This document shows, one piece after another, positions 22,918 through 33,887 of a DNA stretch of 60,000 nucleotides. The position numbers were made by a program, and so were the translations under genes. Origin of the DNA: Squalus acanthias (Eukaryota). The stretch's first letter is position 1; each line of letters starts with the position of its first letter. A model generated the notes under the pieces. That model was not told where the DNA came from, searched no databases, and was given only the letters and a program-made list of their open reading frames with translations. The DNA lies in NCBI GenBank assembly GCA_030390025.1, contig CM059425.1:174718001-174778000 (forward strand). Direction: 5' to 3'.

Positions 22918-25900
22918 AGAGTGACGTCAGAGTAGAAAAAATGACGTCAGCACAAGGGAAGGAGCTGATTGGTGAGTAGCTGGTGAGTGTTTTTTAAAGT
23001 TTATTTCTGCTAAGTTAGTTCTTAGTCTATTAAATAGAGGCACGGCAGGGCAGCTTAGTCCTGTGGAGTGCACATCCTGTGCCATGTGGGAAGTCCTGGA
23101 CGCTTCGCGTAGCCTGGACGACCACATGTGCAGGAAGTGTCACCAGCTACGGCAGCTCCGCGAGGCTGAGAACTTTGTGGATAGCACGTTTCTAGAGGTG
23201 GCCAGCTTAAGAGTATGCAGGCAGAGAGGGAATGGGTGACCGCCAGACAGAAGAGGAGGACCAGGCAGGTGGCGCAGGAGTGCCCGGACTGCATCTCGCT
23301 CTCCAACCAGTATTCTGTTCTGAGTACTGGTAGGGGCGATGGTTCCGCTGGGGAGTGCAGCCAGAGCTAAGTCTGTGGCACCACAGGGGGGGAGGAAGAA
23401 GAGTGGAAGAGCAACAGTGGTAGGGGATTTGATAGTTAGGGGAGCAGACGGGCGTTTCTGCCGCCGCAGACGTGACTCCAGGGTGGTATGTTGCCTCCCT
23501 GGTGCCAGGGTCACTGATATTACCGAGCGGCTGATGAGCATTCTGGGGGGAGAGGGTGACCAGCCAGAGGTCGTGGCCCATATCGGTATCAATGACGGGT
23601 TGCATCTCAACAGAGCTGGGACCAATATTCTCGTGGTGGGAGGTGGGGGGGGTGGTTTGCTAGTGCTGTTGAGGGTTTAATCTAGCTTGGCAGGGGGATG
23701 GGAACCTGAGAATAGATTCAGAAGGGAGAGGAGCAAAGCTGAAATTGGAATGCAAAAAAGTAGAAAGTGAATTGTGAAGACAGAGGAAACAAGGGCTAGA
23801 AAATAGAAAACAAGGGAGTTTGGTAGTGCTAAATGATATATACTTCAATGCAAGGAGTATAAGGAATAAGGCAGATGAGCTGAGCGCACAGATAGACACT
23901 TGGAAGTATGATATAGCTATTACTGAGACATGGCTGAAAGAAGGGCAGGTATGGCAGCTCAACATTCCTGGTTACAGGGTTTTCAGACGGGATAGAGAGG
24001 TGGTATAAAAGGAGGCTGGGTCGCAGTATTGATTAAAGAAACAATTACAGCTGTGAGGAGGGATGATATGTTAGAAGGATCATCAAATGAGGCCATATGG
24101 GTTGAATTAAAGAACAAAAAAGGGGTGATCACACTCCTGGGAGTGTACTGTAGACCCCCAAACAGTCAGAGGGAGATAAAAGAGCAACTATGTAGGCAAA
24201 TTTCTGAAGTGCAAAAACTATCGGGCAGTAAAAATAGGGGATTTCAGCTACCCTAATATAAACTGGGAAAAAGTTAGTGTGAAAGGTATAGAGGGTTCGA
24301 AATTCCTAAAATGCATTCAGGAGAACTTTTTTAGCCAGTATATAACAAGCCCAACAAGGGAGAGGGCAGTTCTGGACTTTATTTTAGGGAATGAAGCTGG
24401 GCAGGTGGAAGGGGTATCAGTGGGAGAACATTTTGGTGCTGGTGAGCATAATTCAGTTAGATTTAGGGTAGTTATGGAAAAGGACAAAGATAGACCAGGA
24501 ATAAAAATTCTCAATTGGGGAAAAGCCAATTTTGCTACGCTGAGATGGGCTTTAGCCAAAGTGGACTGGAAACAGCTACTTGAAGGTAAATCCGTGTCAG
24601 AGCAGTGGGAGGCATTCAAGGAGGAGATCCTGAGGGTTCAGAGCAAGTATGTTCCGTTAAAGAAAAACGGTGGGACTAACAAATCTCGAACCCCCTGGAT
24701 GTCAAGGGACATACAGGGTAGGATAAAGAAAAAAAGGGAGGCTTATGACAGATACTGAGGGCTCAATGCTGCAGAAACTCTAGAGGAGTATCGAAAGTGC
24801 AGGGGTGCAGTTAAAAAGGAAATTAGGAAAGCAGAGAGAGAGCACAAAAAAGATTTTGGCAAGTAAAATCAAGGAAAACCCAAAGATGTTTTTTAAATAC
24901 ATTAAGAGGAAGAGGATAACTAAAGAAAGAGTAGGGCCTATTAGAGATCGTAAAGGTAATCTGTGTGTGGAGGCGGAAGGTGTGGGTATGGTTCTTAATG
25001 AATAGTTTGCGTCTGTTTTCACAAAGGAGAGGGGCGATGCAGACATTGCAATCAGGGAGGAGGAGTGTGAAATATTAGATGAAATAAACATAGTGAGAGA
25101 GGAAGTATTAAGTGGCTTAACAGCTTTGAAAGTGGATAAATCCCCAGGCCCGGATGAAATGTATCCCAGGCTGTTAAGAGAAGCAAAAGAGGAAATAGCA
25201 GAGGCTCTGACCATCATTTTCCAATTCTTTCTGGCTACAGGTGTGGTGCCGGAGGACTGCTAACGTTGTACCGTTGTTTAAAAAGGGAGAAAGGGATAGA
25301 CCGAGTAATTACAGGCCAGTCAGCCTAACCTCGGTGGTGGGAAAATTATTGGAAAAAGTTCTGAGGGACAGGATAAATCTTCATTTAGAAAGACATGGAT
25401 TAATCAAGGACAGTCAACATGGATTTGTTAAGGGAAGGTCGTGTCTGACTAACTTGATTGAATTTTTTGAGGAAGTAACAAGGAGGGTCGATGAGGGGAG
25501 TGCGTTTGATGTAGTCTATATGGATTTTAGCAAGGCTTTTGATAAGGTCCCACATGGCAGACTGGTCACAAAAGTGAAAGCCCATGGGATCCAGAATTGG
25601 CTCAGAGGCAGGAAACACAGAGTAATGGTTGATGGGTGTTTTTGTGACTGGAAGGCTGTTTCCAGTGGAGTTCCGCAGGGCTCAGTACTAGGTTCCTTGC
25701 TTTATGTGGTATATATCAATGATTTGGACTTGAATGTAGGAAGTATGATTAAGAAGTTTGCAGATGATACCAAACTCGACTGTGTGATTGATAATGAAGA
25801 AGAAAGCTGTAGACTGCAGGAAGATATCAATGAACTGGTCAGGTGGGTAGAACAGTGGCAAATGGAATTCAATCTGGAGAAGGGTGACGTAATGCATTTG

Positions 25901-26676
25901 GGGAGGGCTAGCAAGGCAAGGGAATACACATTAAATGGTAGGACACCGAGTAGTGTAGAGGAACAAAGGGACCTTGGAGTGCATGTCCACAGATCCCTGA
26001 AGGTAGCAGGCCAAGTAGATAAGGTGGTTAAGAAGGCATACGGAATACTTGCCTTTATTAGCCGAGGCATAGAATACAAGAGCAGGGAGGCTATGCTTGA
26101 CCTTTATAAAACACTAGTTAGGCCACAGCTGGAGTACTGCATGCTGTTCTGGTCACCACATTACAGGAAAGATGTGATTGCACTAGAGAGGGTACAGAGG
26201 AGATTTACGAGGATGTTGCCTGGACTGGAGAATTTTAGCTACTAGCAAAGATTAGATAGGCTAGGTTTGTTTTCTTTGGAACAGAGGAGGCTGAGGGGAG
26301 ACCTTATTCAGGTGTATAAAATTATGAGGGGCTTAGATAGAGTGGATAGGAAGGACCTATTTCCCTTCGCAGAGGGGTCAACAACCAGGAGGCATAGATT
26401 TAAAGTAATTGGTAGGAGGTTTAGAGGGGATTTGAGGGGAAATTTCTTCACCCAGAGGGTTGTGGGGGTCTGGAACTCACTGCCTGAAAGGGTGGTAGAG
26501 GCAGAAACCCTCATCACATTTAAAAAGTACTTGGATGTGCACTTGAGACGCTCTAACCTGCAGGGTTACGGACCAAGAGCTGGTAAGTGGGATTAGGCTG
26601 GACAGCTCTTTGTCGGCGGGCGCGGTCACGATGGGCCGAAATGGCCTCCTTCCATGCTGTAACTTTCTATGATCTA
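22918..26676 (+). mobile_element. Near full-length CR1 LINE: ORF1 (Cys finger plus SGNH esterase-like), ORF2 (APE endonuclease and RT), 3' UTR; disrupted
   Basis: CTSCAMW...CRKC, VVGDLIVR, CLPGARV, DGLHLNRAG; NARSIRNK, ITETWL; RT ORF 25241-26245. Confidence 0.93.
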
Positions 26677-26720
26677 TGATTGCCAGCGACGGCCACATCC
26701 CAGGAACGAATAAAAAAAAA
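26677..26720 (+). mobile_element. 3' tail of the Zenon-like LINE
   Basis: tgccagcgacggccacatcccaggaacgaataaaaa matches the reverse complement of 27036-27070. Confidence 0.75.
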
Positions 26721-27000
26721 CATTTAGAACTGTAATGTCATCCTTAATCAATACTGTCATGCCCCCTCCTCTTTTTCCTTCTGTATCATTCTTGAATTCT
26801 TGGTAACCAGGAATATTGAGAACCCATTGCTGGCCTTTTTTGAGCCATGTCTCTGTTAATGCAACCACATCACAATCCCATGTGGCAACTTGTACCTGCA
26901 GCTCACCAACCTTATTAGTTACACTACGGACATTGACGTACATGCAATTTAATACCTCCTTCGTCATTTTTACTATTTTCCTCAATGTGGTCCTTGCAAT
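26721..27000 (-). mobile_element. CR1-A endonuclease N-terminus
   Basis: NVRSVTNKVGEL, LTETWL, LNIPGY, GGG..VLIK. Confidence 0.88.
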
Positions 27001-27035
27001 TTTTGGGACATTTCTAATTTTTCTGCCTTTTAAAA

Positions 27036-27460
27036 ATTTATTCATTCCTGGGATGTGGGCATCGCTGGCAAGGTAGACATTTATTGCCCACCCCTAATTG
27101 CCCTTGAGAAGATGGTGGTGAGCCGCCGCCTTGAATCGCTGCAGTCAGTGTGGTGAAGGTGCTCCCATAGTGCTGTTAAGGAGGGAGTTCCAGGATTTTG
27201 ACCCAGTGACAATGAAGGAGCGACCATCCAAGTCAGGGAGGTGTGTGACTTGGAGGGGAACTTGGAGATGATGGTGTTGCTGTGCGCCTGCTGCCCTTGT
27301 CCTTCTTGGTGGCAGAGGTCGTGGGTTTAGGAGGTGCTGTTGAAGAAGCCTTGGCAAGTTGCTGCAGTGCATCTTGTAGATGGTATACACTGCAGCCATA
27401 GTACGTCGGTGGTGGAGGGAGTGAATGTTTAACGTGGTGGATGGGGTGCCAAACAAGCGT
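27036..27460 (-). mobile_element. Zenon-like LINE 3' end
   Basis: NIHSLHHRR, IYKMHC; homologous to 48070-48370. Confidence 0.85.
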
Positions 27461-27519
27461 TTATATTTCTCTTTCCTCTGATCTCATTGCTGTTCCTTTC
27501 TGCTATTTCTGGTTCGCCT

Positions 27520-28050
27520 CCCCTTGCTAAACTAGTTCTCTGCATAAAGAAATCTCTGCTGACCTCGATCCTCACTCCTAATAACAATTTTAAATTGATG
27601 ACTCCTCATCATCAACTCCCAAGCCCTATTCACCCTATCAAAGCCCTTCATTATTTTAAATCATTTCTTGGCTTTCTCTGTTGTAGTGGAAATTGAGGCA
27701 ATATTTCATGTCTGCCTTCATAATTATAGTTTCCAATTGCTAGGATCATCTTGGTGAACGTACACTATACGCCTATCTGTGGTTTTAATGCCCTCTCTGT
27801 AATAGGATGCCCAAAACTGTACTTTGTATTATAATTGTTGTCTAACCAATGTTTTAAAGAAATTCATTCTTTACTCTTGTACTCTATCCCCTTATTTATA
27901 ATACCAAAAATGCCGTTGGTCCTTTTTATGGCTTTATCTACCTGCACTTGCATTTGCAGGGAATTATGTATTTGCACCCTAGGTCTCTCTGACCATCTAC
28001 ACGTTTCAGTGTCTTTCCATTAAGTATGTACTCGCGTTTCTTTTACTTCC
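27520..28050 (-). mobile_element. Highly decayed CR1 3' region
   Basis: Residual VQFWAS-like and GIINKGIEYKSK motifs. Confidence 0.65.
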
Positions 28051-29269
28051 AACAATCAGCCAAGTTTTGTTTATTTTCTTGGTGGCAACGTATTGATTGA
28101 GAAAACAGTCCTAAACACACTGCAAAAAAAACTCCCCTTTCTTAACACACACATTTTTCATGTCTGGGGAGACTAGGAATGTGGGGCAGTCGGGAGTTTG
28201 GAGCTCGAGGCAGGGGGAGATGGTGACAAGGAACTCGGTTTGGCGATTGTGGGGTTTGGGAGAGAAAGGGAGATTGGCATATAGAGGTCGGGAGACGGCT
28301 TGGGGGAGAGAGGGAATCTAGGAAAATGTGGCTCAGGAATGTGGACTAGGGGAGAGAGGCAGATTATGGAATGGGTGTTGGGAGATTGGGGTTCGGAGGA
28401 GAGGATTTGGGAAATGGAGTAGGGTGAGCCGGGGCCCAGCATTTCCAGCAGAGCCAGGAACAGTAGCAGTGTGGTGAGTGGGAGTGGCGCCGAGAGAAGC
28501 AGCACTGGCGCAGATTAGGTGCAAAACCTCGCACCAAGAAAATGGGATACATTGTGCCCGTTTTACACCCATAAAAGGGGCAAAATGCATATCAATTTCA
28601 ACCCCAGTGTGTCCAAATAATTTTTGCTGCACGCGGCCCAAGTACCAGGATGTCGGAGCAAGCCCACCATGTATATTGAGTTTCACACTGCTGCTCTTGG
28701 GCTTCATTTTATTGATTTTCATGGAGCCGTAGTATTTTGTAACGATAAAATCAAGGACATCTGTTGTCATTTGCTATTAAAACTTGAGATAAACCCATTA
28801 ATGAACATTGTCTGATTAAATGGATTGTAGGGTGAATTCCATTGTGGTGTTTGCTGGTTGGTTGGGAACCAAAAAGTAACTAATCAGCTCATTTGATTTA
28901 GGATATGGTAGCATCATGGTTTAAGTATGCAACAAATTTTCTTGCTGCTACATGCAAGGTAACGTTTTGGAAAAATAACATTTTTGTGAAGCACTGTTTT
29001 CTTAATCTGACAGGTGAAAATAAAGAAACAAGCTCAACAGTCAGTCATAGATATTTCCACATGTGTTAGCTGTATTATGGCATAATATTAACTTATTTAT
29101 TGTAGGAATGCTGTTCTCATTCTTTAAATTATTTCCACCTCTACATATCTGGGTCTACCTCTTCTTTACCCTAGTTCTTTCTGTGACTTGGCAGAAATTT
29201 TGGGCTTCCACTGTTCCCTTGGAGAAACACTTAACCTGTGCCTACTTAAATTCAAATAGTTGCAATAGG

Positions 29270-30395
29270 TTGAGTCAGTAGGTTGTGGGTTCAAGTCCCA
29301 CTCCAGGGACTGAGCACAAAAATCTAGGCTGACACTCCAGTGCAGTGCTGAGGGAGTGCTGCACTGTTGGAGGTAATGGCCCGAAAATTAGACCTAATAC
29401 GCGAGAGTACGCACTGTGTACTCTCACGTTTTAGGTCTCCAATTGCTGGTTTCCTGCATGCACTGCGCATGCGTGGGAAACCGGCACTTCGTGAATTCAA
29501 AAGGGGGCGGTTCCTAAGTGAACCGCAGTGCGCGCTACAGGCTGCGCGCACGCAGTGCACTTAGTGCTTTGAACGCGCAGGTAAGCATGGAAGATTTTAC
29601 ACACAAAGAAAGGAGGCGTAAGACCCTCTTTTAACAAGGTAAGTAGTTAATTAAGTATTTTAAATTTTTTTCAACAGGTTTATCTTTTTTAGAGACTTTA
29701 AAGAAAGGTAAGTTTATTTTTATAACTTTTTAAAAGATTTTAAATTTTTTCAAAAATTTATTTTTTTGTTTAAAGTGGTTACTTTATTTGACTATACTTA
29801 TTTTATTAATGTGATGGCTTTTAAAAAAAATTTAATTGAGGTTTAGCTGTTCTTTTGGGGGCGTGTAGGATTCATAGCTTTGACAGCCCTTGCTGTTAAA
29901 ACTATGAATGAAAGATGGTGTGCTGCCATTGGCTCTAACTGAATCACGTGATCCCAGAGCTCGCACGAACTAATTGCATCTCTGGGTCACGCAAGCACTG
30001 CACAGCTGCAGCCTTGAAACTAAAGTTCGTGTGGGCCCGGAGGAAAAAGGTAGGCGCGGAGTGAGATATCGCAGGGAAGCCTTACCCCCGCGTGAACACT
30101 CACTGTTTAATTTCTGGGCCAATGTAAAAGATCCCATGGCACTATTTTGAAGAAGAGCAGGGGAGTTATCCCTGGTGTCCTGGCCAATATTTATCCCTCA
30201 ATCAACATAACAAAAATAGATTATCTGGTCATTATCACATTGCTGTTTGTGGAAGCTTGCTGTGCGCAAATTGGCTGCCGCATTTCCTACATTACACCAG
30301 TGACATACTCTTTAAATGTACTTCATTGGGTGTAAAGCGCTTTGAGATGTCCGGTGGTCGTGAAAGGTGCTGTATAAATGCAAGTCTTTCTTTCT
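29270..30395 (+). mobile_element. Deu-domain SINE (SacSINE1/AmnSINE1-like) with L2-type tail, split by a MITE
   Basis: B box gggttcaagtcc; gatcccatggcactattttgaagaagagcagggg; tail ataaatgcaagtctttctttct; second copy 57910-58535. Confidence 0.8.
29378..30120 (+). mobile_element. Family B Harbinger-like MITE
   Basis: TIRs ggcccgaaaatta / taatttctgggcc, AAT duplicated; closely similar to 35148-35892. Confidence 0.85.
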
Positions 30396-32779
30396 TATAT
30401 AAAGCAATTGACAAAGGCCTCGCTTCTTCCAGACATCTATAGTCTTATTCATGGTGCTTGCATTTCTTGTACAGTCCCTGTTTCAGACCTCATTAGGTAA
30501 TCTCACAAGAGACCCGCACAGGAATTTCTGTTATATACCTAATTTTAAATACCTTCTTTCCACCAACTTCCGTTGCACTGCAAGTAATAGTGTAAGAGTC
30601 ACATGTAGTATACACACCTTTTTGTCTCTCTAGTAGTTTCAGTGTTTGTAGCAAACTGGTTCAGAAATGGCATAATCCGTGAGACTTTAATGCTGGTAGG
30701 TTGTATTAAAGTTTGTTAATAGTGTAAATATTTAAAAAGGATCATGAGTTGCAGAAAGCCTCTTAATTGTATGTTGAAGAATCATTGATGGCACGTGTTT
30801 AGCATATCAGCAGTAATAATCACTAACAGTAACCATATTGTTAATGAGTTTTCCTGTACTGTTTATTGCTGGAGCCATGCAGTATTTAGCAGTATAGTGA
30901 TTGATGGCGTCATACAATTTTTGGCTATCGGCTTGAATTCTAGCTTGCTCTGTCAGTGAATTGCAGCAGCTGCTTGTTGGTGCTTCACTGAACGGGAGCA
31001 ACAGTGGATCTTCCTCACGACTACCTCTCCCACCAAACTGGTCATAATTTTTCAGATTATTCCCACTTCCTTTCATTTTTGTACTAATTAGTGATTAAAT
31101 ACATCAGCTTTTCCTTCAGTTGCTATATTTCCTTTCGGAAGTTATTTTTATTGCTACTTGCTCGTGAGCCATAACATCCTTTTTTCAGCTGTTGCAGAAG
31201 CATATTTTGGCACTGTTCAAGGGCAAAGTTTTTTTTAGCCTTAGCTGTCCAGAAGTGTGTACAGTAAGCTCTATTTTTAGAATTGGTCAAATAGACAGAA
31301 AATTTCATAGCACTTATAGTCTTTTTCAATAATCTGCATAAGTTTCTGATAAAACATTATTTATTAACTGAGATCTGAGAGTTTACTTTCTCTTTAATTT
31401 TTTTTGTTTAAAATTTTTTTTTGAAGAGCTTATCGTATTGCCATTTCATTCAAAGAACCAGCTGATCAAATGTGCCAGATTCAGTCATTAATTTTCTGCC
31501 ACAACTTGTCTGCTAAGAAAAGCAAGTTTGGATATGAGAGTTTTTCTTTTGAATTTTAAACTTAAGCAGAGAAATTGGCAAATTTACACACACTTCCCAT
31601 ATCTCCCCCCCCACACACACACACACACTTATGTGAAGGAAAAAGCTGGAAGCATTGTAAATGACTATCATTTGGAATATTATATTATGCATGCAGTGCA
31701 GCTTTCTTAAGTTTTTTTCTGCTGAGCAAGTGAAGAATGTTTGTGCTGGATAGTGAAATATTTTTCCACCTTCATTGCCTGTTTGCTGGTATGGTTTGTT
31801 CCACTAGTCTGCTGGCTTCTGTTTATTAATCTGCTGTGGTCCCTGGGCATAAATCCTGTGCACTTTTAGCTGAAATCTGCTGTGCTGCTGGTCTCCTAGG
31901 CTGTGTGTCACTGTTTTGTTGGTCTCCTTAATCGAAAATTAGCCTCTCAACTGGTTTTCTGGATCTATCCATTCCTGGATTAATTTCTGCTGGATCCTGG
32001 CTTTATACTCAACTGTTCAGTGGACTACTGGATCCTTACCCACAGCTTCTGGATCAAACACTGTTCTCCTACTGGCTTCTGTACTGGCCTTTACATCTCT
32101 GCTCGTCTGGTCTTTGCTGTCGCCAGCTCCATGTTGAACATTGGCTCCTCCTGCTGCGTCCTGTTTGAAGGCTTCCTCCATCAAGACCGGCCCTCGCATA
32201 TTAGACTGGTTACCCTTTCTTGTGTCAGCCCCTACTCTAAGTCGTCTTCATGCTGTGCCTAGATCTTTGCCACCTGTCCATTTTAGCTGCTGCTCCAGAC
32301 CTTGGCCTGCTACTCCCAATTTCATTTTTGGCCCTTTCTGAGACTTGTTCCATCCCCTCAATATCATCTGAACCAGCCATGCACTCTTTCTTAAGTACAA
32401 TTCCCCAGTTGACCCTTACTTCCATTTGACACTACTCCTCGGTCTACCTTCTCTCCTGTCACCTTCATTAACTTGAGGCCTTCCTAAAGTCCTTGGTCTC
32501 CATCGGTATACATTACATCCATTGTTGCACTCATTGATGGCTTTCTCAGAGCAACAATATTGTCTTTAGAAGTTGCATATGCATGTTTGTGAAAGAGTAG
32601 CTGCAGCAAGGCTGCCCTCAGGCAGAGGATGAGAGCTAACTTGAACCCTCTGCAGCACACCAGTAAGTGCCACAAATGGCGCATATGCAGTGTGTACTGA
32701 TTAATCGCCTTCAGATATGCACATGACCCTTTCTGCAAACTGGAGGAAAGAATGCAGAACTTGACTTTCTGGCTTTCTC

Positions 32780-33887
32780 TGTCTTTACATAGAATTACAT
32801 ACAAATTACAACACGGAAACTAGCTTTTTGACCCAATTAGTGTGTTGGTGTTTATCCTCCACACTAGCAGTAGCACTAATCCCAGGAGCCTGCTCCATTC
32901 CCATATTCCTTTGTCCCTCTTTACTTCAATCACCTATCTAACTTATTCCTAAATGTTGATACGTTTTTTGCTTCAATCACTAACTGCATTCCAAAAAAAT
33001 TGTTTCTCTTCCTTTTGCCCTAAATCTCTTGCATCTATGCCCATTCGTGTTCATATCCCTCAAGCAATGGAAATGGTCTGTTTCTAGCTATTCTGTCCTA
33101 TTCCTTCATAATTTTAAACCCATCAATAAAAGCACCCCTTAATCAACTCTGTTTTAACAAAAACAGCCACAATTTTTCAAGTCTTCGTATTCTGATACCT
33201 AATGAATCTGTGCTGCGCCCAATGTTCCCTTTCATTTTTTTTTGATGCGTGGCCCATTCAAAATAGTGCGCATGCCCGGTTTTTCCTATTTAAAAGCCGG
33301 TGAGCCGGCTGCGCGGGAGCTGCAGAGCTTAAAGGGAACATTGGCTGCACCCTTTCTGTTGCCTCAACATCCTTCTAATAGTGTGGAATCTAAAACGGCG
33401 CACAATATTTCAGCTTGGTTCTTACTAAGATTTTATTTACTATTACATCTTGACTTTTATATTTTATACATCTTACCATAAAACTTAGTATTCCATTAGC
33501 TTCTCTTTATTTGCCTTATTTACGTAAGGCACTGCTTTTAAAATTGTAAGAATCTGAACCTCCGAATCCTCCTCATCCAGCTTTCCCGCATTCAAAATAC
33601 AATTTATTTTTATCTTACCAAAATGTACCACTTCACATTTACTGACATTGAATTCCATCTGCCACTTTTTTGTCCATTCTACCAGCTTATCAATATCCCA
33701 GCTTCCTCTTGGTCCTCAGAATTATTTACTATGCCTTTTATTTTAATATCACCTGCAAATTTGGATATTACTCATATAGCCCTATATCCAAATCACTGCT
33801 GTACGCAGTGGAGAAAAAAAATGATCCCGGCACAGAACCCTGTAAGACACACCTATTCACTTCCGAACACTCTGAGAAACTGCCCTT
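32780..33887 (-). mobile_element. Old CR1 3' and RT region, continuing at 36031-36350
   Basis: QGSVPG, ISKFAGD, WQMEFN remnants; VVYMDFQKAFDK in 36031-36264. Confidence 0.75.
33220..33343. mobile_element. Short hAT MITE
   Basis: TIRs caatgttccctt / aagggaacattg; 8-bp duplication gctgcgcc / gctgcacc; homologue 58347-58510. Confidence 0.85.

Noticed and set aside
30807..31076. 89-aa minus-strand ORF
   Set aside because: No recognisable domain or splice context; length within chance expectation
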